A stretch of DNA of 64,000 nucleotides from Octopus sinensis (Eukaryota): assembly GCF_006345805.1 (NCBI RefSeq), contig NC_043002.1, positions 80,476,001-80,540,000 of the forward strand. The letters are read 5' to 3'. The notes beneath the pieces are model-generated. The model saw nothing but the letters and a program-made list of their open reading frames with translations. It was not told where the DNA came from and did no database searches. Position 1 is the stretch's first letter, and each line of letters starts with the position of its first letter. The position numbers and the translations under genes are program-made. Shown piece by piece: positions 38,621-51,479 of the stretch.

Positions 38621-39134
38621 ACATCTATATTTTTTTAAATATAAAGTGTATACCATATTTTTTATACAGAGGGGAGACGTTTGACAGGACTCCTTACTTA
38701 CTAGAAGGAGCAGTTAAAACCCAAATCATGAAGAAAGATTTCATGAGGCACGCTGTTATAACACTAGAAGAACGAAACTGAATAAATAAATCCCGAACTC
38801 GAGTTTCTCTATTAATTGCCAAAGAAACTAATTTGGAATCTGAGGATGGTCAGCGGGAAAGCTAATTAATTGCAGTTGCAAATACGTACCGAAAACACGC
38901 GCGCAAGACAGCTATATTATTATCCATTACTTATTGAAACTTAGTGCGTAAGCGTAAACGTATTGTCCAGCAGTAAATAAACAAATTTAAAACTGTGCCC
39001 TATATAGCCTCAGAATTATAAATATCACTATCATAAAATATTTTAAAAATATGTTATGTCTTATGACTTTTATTTATGCATGCTAACCACTGGGAATAAA
39101 GTATTTTAACTCATGACCCTCATATTTACGATAG

Positions 39135-39520
39135 TATACTTTTATTCTTTTACTGGTTGCACCGCCTTTAGTCCAGCAAACCGACCCCAGGACTTATTCT
39201 TTTGTAAGCCTAGTAATTAGTCTATCGGTCTCTTTTCCTGGATCGCTTACTTAGGGGAACGCAAACGCACCAGCATCGGTTGTCAAACGATGTTGGGGAG
39301 GGACAACCACAAATAGACAAACATATATGTGCGCGCACACACACACTCACACACATATACGACGGGCTTCTTTCAGTTTCTGTCTACCAAATCCCCTCAC
39401 AAGGCTTTGGTCAGCCTGAGGCTATAGTAGAAGACACTTGCCCAAGTTGCCACTCAATGCGATTGAACCTGGAACCACGTAGTTGATAAGTAAGCTACTT
39501 GCCACAGAGACACTCCTGAC
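39135..39520 (-). mobile_element. SINE family A (tail plus head)
   Basis: Colinear with the reverse complement of 31381-31797. Confidence 0.85.
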
Positions 39521-39579
39521 TGTGGACATGTTGCAGCGCCGCCTTTTAGTCTAACAAAACGCCAGTAGTTATTCTATTG

Positions 39580-40620
39580 GTCAAACTACCTTGAAGGATT
39601 GTCCTTGAGATTTGTTAATTGAAACCAACACTTAGTTTGACTGGAAACTGAAGCGTCTTATATGCAAATGGAACATCTGTAGGTATGAGTGGAATTTTTG
39701 GAATAAAAACACTTTCTCCTTTGTGACTACATGTTATGATTGTTGCCTGTAGGACAATGGTGCTTCATGAAGTAACAATTAAGCGAGTTCCATTACACAT
39801 GTGAGATGGGTTAAGATTCTTAAGCAACAAAATGGCAGCACTCAGTTTTAGTGTCAAGTTATACGATGGCATCCTAGTGGGTTTAAGTGTGTTCAGAAAT
39901 TCAATAGGGTGTTGAACAACCTGGTCTTGATCGACTGTTGTGAACTGATCGAAAAGTCATTTCTGGTGTATTTGTTAACTTTTGAAGAAGTTCATGATTG
40001 TGTTTATGAACAATTTCATTAGTTGGAGCTAGCATGGTTCTTTCATATAACCAGTTTTCATCAGTGTAATTGACAGATAATTAGGAAATACTTTATCCAG
40101 AAGATCCTTAAGTGCATGTAATTTCAAGTAGCTGAAGTCTTGAGTTGAATGTTAATATCCCATTACCCATTAATACTCTTAAGCTCGTATGATTACCTTA
40201 TACAAGTATTCTGATGTACTTGTAAGATGATGTTTTTTCACGTCTCTAAAAGGTACGATTTTTCTAAGCATACATTGACCTCATCCTTTGGGAATAACTG
40301 ACAACGTTTGACGAAAATGTCCTACAAGAACTGTTACTCCTTCCATGAGCGTCTTATTGTTTTTTATGTCTTGGAGGGTACGGTCAAGTACCTCTGGAGC
40401 TCCACGATGTAACTGTGCACTCATCCCAAACAATGAGACAAGTTTGTTGTAGAACAGTTGCCATTGCAGAGTTTTGGGAAATGTTGCACATTTGAAATTC
40501 TTTCATTGAAAGATTTAGGGGAAGCTTGAACATGGAGTGAGCAGTTCTTCCTCCATATAATGGGGTAGCTGCAATACCAGAAGATGCAGCACTAGAAGAA
40601 GGTTTGATTATATTTCCTTC
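39580..40620 (-). pseudogene. Helitron PIF1-like helicase remnant
   Basis: ASSGIAATPLYGGRTAHSMFKLPL, LIVWDECT, (G)HFRQTLSVIPKG, ERTMLAPTN, PIEFLNTL, LLKNLNPSHMCNGTRL, IPKIPLIP, INKSQGQSFK. Confidence 0.9.
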
Positions 40621-40624
40621 CATT

Positions 40625-40906
40625 TAGGATAGCAGGTGAAAACGACAAAAAGATCTCGTTTTTCCATGTCTTGATATATGTCATAGCGTCTTGTGTTCGT
40701 TCGTACATATAGCGAGTACCACCTGTAAATGATTATGAGAGGATAATAAGTTGCTCCATGTTTTTGATATCACCATCTGTCTTCCTAGCATCTTAGAGAT
40801 TAACATAATTTTTAGCACTTAACTCTTTTTGATTGTTACCAATGCAGCGGAGACGCTAATTCTCAACTTTAGCATACACTTCAACTAGATATTGCCGAAA
40901 TAGATC
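40625..40906 (-). pseudogene. Helitron Rep fragment
   Basis: DLFRQYLVEVYAKVE, SFTGGTRYMYERTQDAMTYI and DLFVVFTCYPK correspond to the Rep motifs LFxQxxVDxYAK, SFTGSPRYM and DLFITFTCNP. Confidence 0.85.
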
Positions 40907-40912
40907 TATTTG

Positions 40913-41718
40913 TCCCTCTGTACCAAACGACAATATCCGGCCTGGTATACTTACATTTGACAGACGTTTTGATGAGAATACTCCACCAGCATTCATTTAG
41001 TTGGTGTGTATAAATGTATTCCATAACCGAAGGATTTTCTAAGTTTATTTCAGAACAATCATTTTGCGGATGGCATTGTAAATTGTTTTAGTGACAAAAT
41101 CGTGCCGCATAGGGAGGTAATATCGAGACGACATTTTAGGACAGCTGCTAATCACATGGGTGATGGCTAACACAGAAACATTACATAGCCTACACATGCG
41201 GTTGCACCTTGGGATTACAAGAGCGTCTCTGTCTCTCTCGTTCACCAGGTACTTTGTGGAAATCTCCTGTTCCTGGATTGCAAATGCATAGCCTTCAAAG
41301 TGTAATGTGATGTAGTGGTCTTGTATCCAAGAGAGGTTGTGTTTTGCCTAACCTCTACTGCTTTCTTGAAGCTTTCGGGCAGCATATCCATGCATAGTCA
41401 TTTTTTTTTGCGTGCTGAGTGCTTTCTATGCAGGTCTTCTTTGAGGTAAGAGAGCCCAGCTGTTTTGGAGCTGTATAGATCATCAGAGAGTGAGAGTGCT
41501 TCTTGAGCTCGCTGCCAACTCGTACAACGTTGCTCACTTCACTTTTGAGCATTGCATTTATTTATTTTTTCTGCTGTTGTTCAGCAGGTGCTGCCTGATT
41601 GGTACCATACGCCATGCGGAGGTCATCTACACTGATCTCAGGCCTGTTCCACCTTCATTTGTTCTTAGGTGGATCCTGTCAACATCAATGTTTCTGCAGA
41701 AGTTCCCAGTTGTTGTCA
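40913..41718 (-). pseudogene. RLE-type (R4-like) LINE fragment: zinc knuckle and PD endonuclease start
   Basis: LTTTGNFCRNIDVDRIHL..NEGGTGL, FEGYAFAIQEQEISTKYL, CRLC..(H)VISSCPKMSSRYYLPMRHD, KCKYTRPDIVVW. Confidence 0.85.
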
Positions 41719-42075
41719 GGATTTGCATGCATGTATGTATGTATGTATGTATGTATGTATGTATGTATGTATGTATGTATGTGTGTATGTATGTATGTTA
41801 TGTATGTATGTATCTATGTATGTATGTATACCTGTGTTCCTGAGTCTGTGCAGAAATACACCTACACGTTTTCGAATAAGCAGAGCAAGAGTACACACAC
41901 ACGAAGACGGAAATTGTCGGTGAGGAAGTCACGGATGTGTGACGAACGATTTCCGGACAGTGGACATGAATTAATATAAGAACAGTAATGAAGAACGAAT
42001 ATGTAGTGCGTGTGTTTATTTGGCAAAGATTAAAAATGACCGTCCCGAAATACAACAATTATATATTTATTATAT

Positions 42076-42151
<76 letters not shown>

Positions 42152-42604
42152 CACCTATATATATACATATATATATATGCACTATATATACATACATTTA
42201 TATATATATGAGTGCGATGGGCATGGAAGTTTTTTCACACATGCGCATGTTTAAATATAGGTAAAAAGCATATTCATATTATACATAAATAGGCATATAC
42301 AAATACATGCTCGTGTACATATTTGTATGCGCATATATGTGCGAGTATGTGGCGTTTATATGCAGCTGCTCATATGTTTATTGTGTATGTGTATGTTATG
42401 TAATGTATATTATATTATATATTATAGATATATATAATATATATATATATATAGATATATATTAATATTATATATATATATATATATATAGATGTGTTTA
42501 TGTGTGAGAATGTGTACATGTATATGATTGAATATATATTTGCATATTAATAATTTCCCACATATACGCCTTTTATATTCCTTCATATATATAAACATAT
42601 ATAT

Positions 42605-42666
<62 letters not shown>

Positions 42667-43099
42667 TATCTCTCTATGTCGACATATACACATTGACGCA
42701 CAAACATACATACACACACATGTAAATATATATACATATATACATACTTCATACCTACATACATACAATAGACATACATACATATATACACATACTTACA
42801 TACACATACATACATACATACATACATACAGACATACATACATACATACATACATACATACAGACATACATACATACATACATACATACATACATACAGA
42901 CATACATACGTACGTACGTACATACATACATACATACGTACATACTTACATATAAGTAGATTTTTATGCAGAGATTTTCTTAGGCTTCAGTAAGTGGCAT
43001 GATGCGAAAATGATATTTGATAATCTATAATTTATCATTATTACCAATTTGTTTGGCTCGTAAGTAATTTGCTGGCAAATATAATTCGTATAATGAAAT

Positions 43100-43275
43100 G
43101 CTGGTGAAGGTTGATAGCAGCGTGGGAAGGTGTCCGTTGTAGGAAGGTGTCTGTTGGAGGCGATGACGACGTTGGTGGTGATGTAAGTAATAATGTTGAT
43201 AATGATGTTGATGATAGAGATGTTAAGGATATGTCGTTGATAATGAATGATATTGAGGAGGGGTGGTTGGTTCGG

Positions 43276-43306
<31 letters not shown>

Positions 43307-44838
43307 TTGGGTGGTGGGTTTGTTCGGTTTTCGGTTGGCTTAGGGAAAGCATGAGGGATTTTTGTGTGTTGGTTTTTGCGGCTTTGTTTGTTGTTGTTTG
43401 TCTGCCGTTCCTTAGTGGTGGTATTTGTTGTTGATGTTGCGGCAGATGATAGTGATGATAATGATGATGATGATCATGACGGTGATGATCACGATCATGG
43501 TAATGATGATGACGACGATGATGATGATGGTGGTGGATGTGGTGGTGGTGGTGGTGGTGGTGATTATGATGATGATGGTGGTGGTGGTGATTATGTTGGT
43601 GGTAGTGTTGGATGTGATGGTGATGGTGGTGGAGGTGGTGGTGGTGATGGTGGTTATGGTGGTGTTGTTGTTAGTGGTGATTATAATGACGACGACGACG
43701 ACGACGCCGAATGGTAATGGCGTCCATGACGACAACTGTGACGATGACGACGCCGATAACACCCTTGATGGTGGTGGTGGTGGTGTCGCAGGTGGTAGTG
43801 TCGGTGTAACGGCGATGGTCGTGGTGGTGATGGTGTTAGTAGTGATGGTGGTGGTGGTGGTGGTGACGGTGTCGATGATGATGATGGTGAGGAGGAGGAG
43901 GAGGAGGGGGAGCAGGGGGAAGGAGGAGGCTGAGTAGCAGAAGGAGTGGCAGGTGGAAGAACAAGAGTACTAGAAAGACGATATTGACATGATGACAACG
44001 TCGATAGCAATCTTCATGATTGCGGTGTTAGTGGTGTTGATGTTAGAGCCGTTGCTAATGGTAACAGTGATGGCGGTGGTGGTGTATGATGATGATAATG
44101 GTGGTGATAGTGGTGGTGATGATGGAGGTGGTGATGGTGGTGGTGATGGTGGTGGTTGTAGTGGGGTATGATGATGATAATGGTGGTGATTGTGATGGTG
44201 ATGATGGTGGAGGTGGTGGTGGTGGTGGTGGTAGTGATGGTGGTGGTTGTGGTGGTCGTCGTTGTCGCCCTCGTGGCTCTGGCTGTGGCGGCGGCGGCGG
44301 TGGTGGAAACGGTGGAGGTAGTGGTGGCAGCAGAGGCGCTGACGATGATGATGATGATCATTCTGGCGGTATGGTGGCATAGTCGTTAAGATGGCGATGA
44401 TGACAGAGGTGTTGCGAGGGTGGTGATTCTTAGTTTCTTTGTAAAATATTCCAGGATTTTTGTGGTGGTGATAGCGATGATGACGATATAATGTGAATGC
44501 CGGTGACAATGAAGAGGCAGAGATGATAATGATGATGATGAGTAGGTGCAGGCGGAGGACGAAGAGGGTGAGGGGAGGAGGAAGAGAAGGAGGAGGGAGG
44601 AGGAGCTAGAGTAGAAGTATTTTGAAGTCGAAGGATTATGAGGATAAGCATGATGATGATAAGAGGATGACGATGATGTTGATGATGATGGTGATGATGA
44701 TGGTGTTGATGATGACGACGACGACGACAACAACGATGATGACGACGATGATGCGGTTGTGGCGGTGGAGATGGAGATGGTGGTGGTACTGTCGGCGGTG
44801 GTGGAGATGGTGGTGGTGCTGTCGGCGGTGGTGGAGGA
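43100..44838. repeat. Long GGT/GAT/GAC low-complexity tract ending in a ~30-bp minisatellite at the gap
   Basis: Seen directly. Confidence 0.85.
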
Positions 44839-44938
44839 NNNNNNNNNNNNNNNNNNNNNNNNNNNNNNNNNNNNNNNNNNNNNNNNNNNNNNNNNNNNNN
44901 NNNNNNNNNNNNNNNNNNNNNNNNNNNNNNNNNNNNNN
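44839..44938. other. Assembly gap (100 N)
   Basis: N run. True length unknown. Confidence 1.
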
Positions 44939-45077
44939 AGTTGATGGGTGTATATGTTGCGAAGAATGTATTGAAGAAGAAAGAATTAGGACTTTCCTTT
45001 GGGTTTGATGTGTTATTTTCAGTGTCTCCACCTGTGTGTATGTGTTTGGGCATCGGCTGTGTATGTGTGTGAGTGCA

Positions 45078-45112
<35 letters not shown>

Positions 45113-45142
45113 TTTTGAAATGTATATATGTATATATATATG

Positions 45143-45226
<84 letters not shown>

Positions 45227-45585
45227 TATGTATGCATGCATAAATGATATATGATATATGCAATATGTGCATGTATGTTTTGTTTTTTGATTATATGATT
45301 CCTTATATAAAGAGAGTTGGTGTCTAACAGGGAATAGATGTATTCGTTTGCGAAACGTCGTAACCTCGAGTGTTGTCTGTGAACTCTACAGAAAATTTGT
45401 AGAAACAAAATATAACGAAAGCTCCGCTAATGTACGGAAAGTTACACGATGGGCTTTAAAAAAAGCTTTCCATATATTTATAGTACCTCTTATTGATTCT
45501 ATTTGTAATGTGTGCTCAGTCTGATAAATTTCTTGACCGGAAAACAACAGGATGGGTATATATTAACATAGTCAATTACAAATAC

Positions 45586-45689
<104 letters not shown>

Positions 45690-45859
45690 GCATGTATGCA
45701 TGTATGTATGTATATGTATATGTATATGTGTGTATATACATATACACATATATATACTTACACACACGCATATATAGTTATTTTGTTACTCCCTTTCTCA
45801 TTCACTCCCTCTTTCTCTGTATATATCTATATGTGTATGTGTGTGTTTGCGCGCGAGTG

Positions 45860-45892
<33 letters not shown>

Positions 45893-46045
45893 ACGCACAC
45901 ACACACAGATGTATATAATTACATGTGGAGAGAGTGAGGGAGATAGTGAGAGAGAAAGATACATATATGTACATGCACATACGTACACGTGTGTACGTAG
46001 AAGAGTTTATGTTTATGAATGTACATGTATGTGTGTATATCTGCG

Positions 46046-46083
<38 letters not shown>

Positions 46084-47379
46084 GAGAGAGAGACAGACGC
46101 ATATATATATGTATATATAAATAAACACACATACAGCACACACACATATACACACACCACACGTGTGTGTTTGTGTGCGCGCGCGCAACGTACATTTTAC
46201 TCACTATTTCAAAGCTGAAAGTCTGGCTTGCGGTAATACCTTCAAACGTTTGATGATGTAAATGTTTTCTTTGAATTGCTTTGCGGTTACAGATCGGTAA
46301 GAATGAATGTTGTAGGGACCGTCAAACGTGTGACGTTTGACAATATTTTATGAAGGATATGACAGATGTCGCAATCGGGACCTCTAAGTCCTCAGTAACC
46401 CTGAATTCTAGAACACACTCTCGATCCCCGCATACATATATATATATATATATAGTAGTTAGTATTTTTATGTTTACAACTGTAATGCTGTTGGTTGGTG
46501 GATTATATGTCGCAATATTCCTGTTTGAACTATCTTGAAATTAAGTTTATTTCGGGATACGGATGAATGTGTTGATACGTTAATAGTTACCCATGATTCA
46601 TGTGTTAGCTCCTCATTTGATTTCTTAATATAAGTCAATGCTTTAAACTAATAAGAAATACTAAAACAGAAAGAAAGTTTATGGTGTAAAAAACAGCAGC
46701 TGTCGATGTGGAGCAGCAGTAATAAAACGTAACAAATACATCCCTTGTTTCGTCTTAATTTATCTTTCCCTCGCTTTTACAGATCAAAAGGAAAATGACT
46801 AATATTAGATATAATTTAAGGGAATGAAAAAAAAAAAAAAAGGAGAAATAAAGAAGCAGACGAGACACAAAGAAATAAGGAAAGAAGACCGTTCACGTTA
46901 ACATACAGATGACTGACTAGACAAACGGAACAGTAACTATAAAGTCAGGTCACATGTTATAAATAAACCCAACCGGGCAAGTGACATCATCAGGTTGTGT
47001 CCTATAATTGGGGAAGAAAATATCAATCCTGAAATAAGGTAATAGTTTGATTTTTTGTTGTTTTTTTTTTTATTTTTGTAGTTTCTGCATATACTCTTAA
47101 ATTTTTACTTTTTTTCGTCATTGGACTGCGGCGATACTGGGGTCCCGCCTTGAAGAGGTTTTTAGACGAAAATATCAACCCTAGTGCTTATTTTTGAGTA
47201 TGGTACTTATTTTATCGTATCTTTTACCGCTATGTTACGGGTGCGTTAGGAAACTACCACCTGTTAGGCAGTGAGGGTGGGGAAACATAAAGACACATAC
47301 GTATATGTTTGTATGTTTGTATGTAAGCATGTGCGTCTTTACCCCGCCCACACACACACTCACATACAGTTATGTATAT

Positions 47380-47990
47380 ATAATCGGGGCATCGGCTGAT
47401 ATTTTTCTAATTACATATAGAAACTACGTCGCCAGCTTTCGAAAAATCTTTGAACGGCACGTAACCTCACTGGCTGATTTCATCTGGCGACTCAAGGAAG
47501 AGGAAATAAAATATGACCTGACCTGGTCAATAATTAGACACCTGAGTCCCTACAATACAATATCCTCCTAAATGCCAGCTATGTTCCAGGGATTCGTTGT
47601 CAATATTGCTGTCAATATTGCTGACAAAAGAGCGAATTATAAATATGTTTCTTTACTACCCACAAAGGGGACAAGCAAGGACAGACAAAGGGATTAAGTC
47701 GATTATATCGACCCCAGTGCGTAACTGGTACTTAATTTATCGACCCCGAAAGGATGTAAGGCAAAGTCGACCTCGGCGGAATTTGAACTCGGAACGTAAC
47801 GACAGACGAAATACGGCTACGCATTTCGCCCGGCGTGCTAACGGTTCTGCCAGCTCTTGCCGAACGACTGCCAAGATGCAGACATACAGCCAAACACCTG
47901 TTCACAAAATACAATGCGAACAACACCAAACTGATACAAACCCTAACCCCGACAACACGGATTAACACCCTCCCACATACACACCGAGTG
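47380..47990 (+). pseudogene. Penelope-like GIY-YIG endonuclease remnant, split by a SINE B insertion
   Basis: YIIGASADIFLITYRNYVASF...TSLADFIWRLKEEEIKYDLTWSII...Y...KCQLC, then after the SINE RCRHTAKHL (typical PLE 'CRH..K.L' end). Confidence 0.75.
47645..47862 (-). mobile_element. SINE family B
   Basis: Near-identical in organisation to 4490-4713. Confidence 0.9.
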
Positions 47991-48194
47991 AAAACCTCAT
48001 GAACTGCAACCATCAAGCCTAAGATACTTGCAGAACTCAATAGTAAGCATCTAGAATATAGACTTTTCAAAAACATAATACACTGATATATTAAAGAAGA
48101 AAAAATATTTGTTGCATAGACACAGTTATACTTATATATTGTTCCTATATAATAGATTGGGAACGCAACCATGAGTCATTAAAATATGCAAACT

Positions 48195-48263
48195 TAAAGG
48201 TATTAGAGTATTGCCTCTAAAGGTATTAGAGTATAGCCTCTAAAGGTATTAGAGCATAGCCTT
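48195..48263 (+). repeat. 23-bp tandem repeat x3 directly before a SINE B head fragment
   Basis: taaaggtattagagtattgcctc / ...tatagcctc / ...catagcctt, then taaggcggcgacctgg. Confidence 0.85.
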
Positions 48264-48469
48264 TAAGGCGGCGACCTGGGCGAAACGCTTAGGAGTATTT
48301 CGTCTGTCGCTACGTTCTGAGTTCAAATTCCGGGATGCCGGAAGGTGTATGTGTGAAAGTATATACATGTACATCTGTGTGTGTAGAGGGGGCGGGGTGT
48401 GTATGCGTATGTGCATGTATGTGGATCGCACATGAACGTGTGTGTGTGTGTGCGTATATATATGTAAAT

Positions 48470-48640
48470 CTATATACATATATATGACAGTCTTCTTTTC
48501 AGTTTCCGTCAACCAAATCCACTCACAAGGCTTTGGTCGGCCCGAGGATATTGTAGAAGACACTTGCCCAAGGTGCCACGCAGTGGGAATGAACCCGGAA
48601 CCATGTGGTTGGTAAGCAAGCAAATTAACACACAGCCACT
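48470..48640 (-). mobile_element. SINE family A head
   Basis: cttttcagtttccgtcaaccaaatccactcacaaggctttggtcgg...cacacagccactc. Confidence 0.9.
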
Positions 48641-48649
48641 CTTAAGAAA

Positions 48650-49700
48650 AATTTGAAATGGTAAAAAAACATGAAAAAAAAAAGCAATGATATCGAAAGA
48701 GAGGAAATGTACGATCTCTTTCCAGGATATACGAGCACAAGGACAGATACGGGAGGCCGATGGTTATGAATGTGGAGAAGTTATTTGAAGATAGAAACAG
48801 AGCCACTTAAGGCGGTGAGCTGGCATAAACGTTAGCCCGCGGGGTGAAATGCTTAGTGGTATTTCGTCTGCCGCTACGTTCTGAGTTCAAATTCCACCGA
48901 GATCGACTTTGCCTTTCATCCTTTCGGGCTCGATAAACTAAGTACCAGTTACGCACTGGGGTCGATGTAATCGACTTATCCCGTTGTCTGTCCTTGTTTG
49001 TCCCCTCTATGTTCAGCCCCTTGTGGGCAATAAAGAAATAAGAAACAGAGCCACTTATATGCACGGCAAAAGAATAAGCATTAAGGAAAAATTGCGTGGA
49101 GAACAGAATTGGTAAAACAACCGAGGGCGACAAATGCAGAGAAGTGAAACAATGTGACGTATTGTTAATGAATATCCGAAATTGGCAAAAATTGAGTACA
49201 AAAGGTGACATTACAATGCGGCAAGAATGTTCCTTTGGGAGTTACGTGGAAATTATGGCCGAGAAAGATCAAAGACATGGTATGACCAAATCCCAGGTGG
49301 AGTTACCGAGAATGACGATTGGAAAATTCTGTGAGATGCAATGATTCACTGTAACTATCAGATTAAACATCGGAAACCTGATAGTGTTGTGGTGAACAGA
49401 AAGGAAAAAAAAACATGCCTGATAATTAGCATAGCATGTGCCGGTGACAACAGGACTGAAAAGAAAGAAGAGGGAAAGGTGAACGACTGTGATGAATTGA
49501 AGTGGGAAATATGCAGATTGTGCGTAATGAAGGGAGTGAATGTGATAGCAATAGTCATTGGTGCTCTTGGAAGTATCAGTACCCAACTACCAACATGGCT
49601 CAAAAAGGGTGGTGCAAATGTAAAGATAAAACACCTACAAATGTTGTCATTTCTTGAAACTGCATGAGTCCTATGCAGGCTTCTTCAGGCATGGTCAGTA
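48650..49700 (+). pseudogene. R4/Dong-like LINE C-terminal region (zinc knuckle plus RLE), interrupted by SINE B
   Basis: LKIETEPLICTAKE*AL, KCRE, HRKPDSVVVNRKEKKTCLIISIACAGD, VIAIVIGALGSI. Confidence 0.85.
48810..49040 (+). mobile_element. SINE family B with 17-bp target-site duplication
   Basis: AGAAACAGAGCCACTTA at 48793-48809 and 49041-49057. Confidence 0.95.
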
Positions 49701-49759
49701 ATCGAGTGTCATCTTAAGCATTTTGCCCGACGTGTTAACGATTCTGCCAGCTCGCCACC

Positions 49760-49861
<102 letters not shown>

Positions 49862-50417
49862 GAGTTAGAGAGCAGTGCATGCCATCAAAGTGACACTGGG
49901 GTACAAATATACGAAGCCCAGTATACCCATCATGACTACCCGTCTGATAAGGGTACACTAGGCACATGCATCACAACCATATGTGCGCGACATGGTGATC
50001 TCAAATCAAGATAAACAGCACATGACCTTGCAGGTGGGGCCCAGTTAGAATTTTCTTCTTGTCGAGTAACCCATCCCACTCAAAAGGTCCCTGAATAAGG
50101 GTTGTTTAAGGATGTTGAACAAAACAACCATATTTCCAGAGGTGAATTATTCAATCCCCAAATAATCCCTCTCAACACATGGCTATGATGCTCCCCCACT
50201 ACTTCTGCTCGTGATCAGAGATGCACATATCGTCAGCCACTAAGGGACACGCTCAACTGGTTAAGATCAAACAACTGACAAGCAAATCTGTGGTATTGAG
50301 TAGAATATTTGCTGTAGCCCATCTTTTATACCAAGACAAGACAAAGTACATGATAACACTTCCAATCAGTTACGATCAGAAACCATGAGTGTCACTGCCT
50401 GGTACAGCATTAGGGCA

Positions 50418-50420
<3 letters not shown>
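49862..50420 (-). mobile_element. ~560-bp non-autonomous retroelement (family E) with (AAT)n tail
   Basis: On the minus strand it ends ...ctctctaactc-aataataat. A 3' stem-loop lies near 49955-49910. An inverted homolog starts at 50714. Confidence 0.65.
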
Positions 50421-50454
<34 letters not shown>

Positions 50455-50473
50455 TATTATTATTATTGTTATT

Positions 50474-50513
<40 letters not shown>

Positions 50514-50522
50514 CCATCACCG

Positions 50523-50568
<46 letters not shown>

Positions 50569-50569
50569 T

Positions 50570-50615
<46 letters not shown>

Positions 50616-50624
50616 CCATCACCG

Positions 50625-50685
<61 letters not shown>

Positions 50686-50713
50686 TATTATTATTATTAT
50701 CATTATTATTATT

Positions 50714-51062
50714 ATTATTGCCCTGATGCAGTACCAGGCAATGGCTCTCATGGCTTCTGATCTTAACTGATTGGAAGTGTTATCATGTACATTGTTTTGT
50801 CTTGGTATAAAAGATGGGCTACAGCAAATATTCTGCTCAATACCACAGATTTGCTTTACAGTTGCTTGACCTGAACCACTTGAGCATGTTCCTTAGTGTC
50901 AACCGGTATGTACATCTCTGATCAAGATCAGAATTTGTGGCGGTGCATCATAATATGTTTTGAGAGGAACATTTAGAGTCTGAATATCCCACGCCTGGAA
51001 ACATGGGTGTTTCGTTCATCATCCTTAAACAAGCCTTATTCAGGGACATTCTACCTGGGCCC
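50714..51062 (+). mobile_element. Second family E copy, head-to-head with 49862-50420
   Basis: attgccctgatgcagtaccaggca...gatttgc closely matches the reverse complement of ~50280-50420, and similarity continues to ~51050. Confidence 0.75.
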
Positions 51063-51086
51063 CAACCACAAAACATACACGTAGGG

Positions 51087-51278
51087 CAGACACAGAAAGA
51101 CCCTAATTCTTCATCAGTTATCAACCAAAAGTATTAATACTCAGTTTCGTGCCTTTAATGGAAATCTTGCTGCTGCCGCCGATATAGGAAGTTCTCAATC
51201 TTATAGTTAAAGGCACTAAACTGAGTATTAGTACTTTTGGTTGATAACTGATGAAGAATTAGGGCCTTTCTGTGTCTG
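51087..51278. repeat. 72-bp inverted repeat (3 mismatches), 48-bp spacer
   Basis: 51087-51158 versus 51207-51278. The inner ends are cctttaa and ttaaagg. Confidence 0.85.
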
Positions 51279-51368
51279 TCTTACGTGTTCGTCCTGTAGT
51301 ATTTAATGCATTTTTCAGTTATGGAGTTACTGAACGTCAAGCATCCCGACTTGTTTTAACAGTAACTT

Positions 51369-51405
<37 letters not shown>

Positions 51406-51440
51406 CATGAGTATATTTATATATATATATACACACACTC

Positions 51441-51479
<39 letters not shown>

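Noticed and set aside
43041-45272. Long His/Thr/Val/Gly-rich ORFs
   Set aside because: Trinucleotide low-complexity DNA open in many frames on both strands. One ORF spans the N gap.
46291-46294. ttacag|ATCG|gtaaga 4-nt microexon
   Set aside because: Frame-shifting length and an interrupted pyrimidine tract. Expected by chance.
48195-48263. CRISPR-like short direct repeats
   Set aside because: The units are contiguous with no spacers, the context is eukaryotic, and no cas genes are present.
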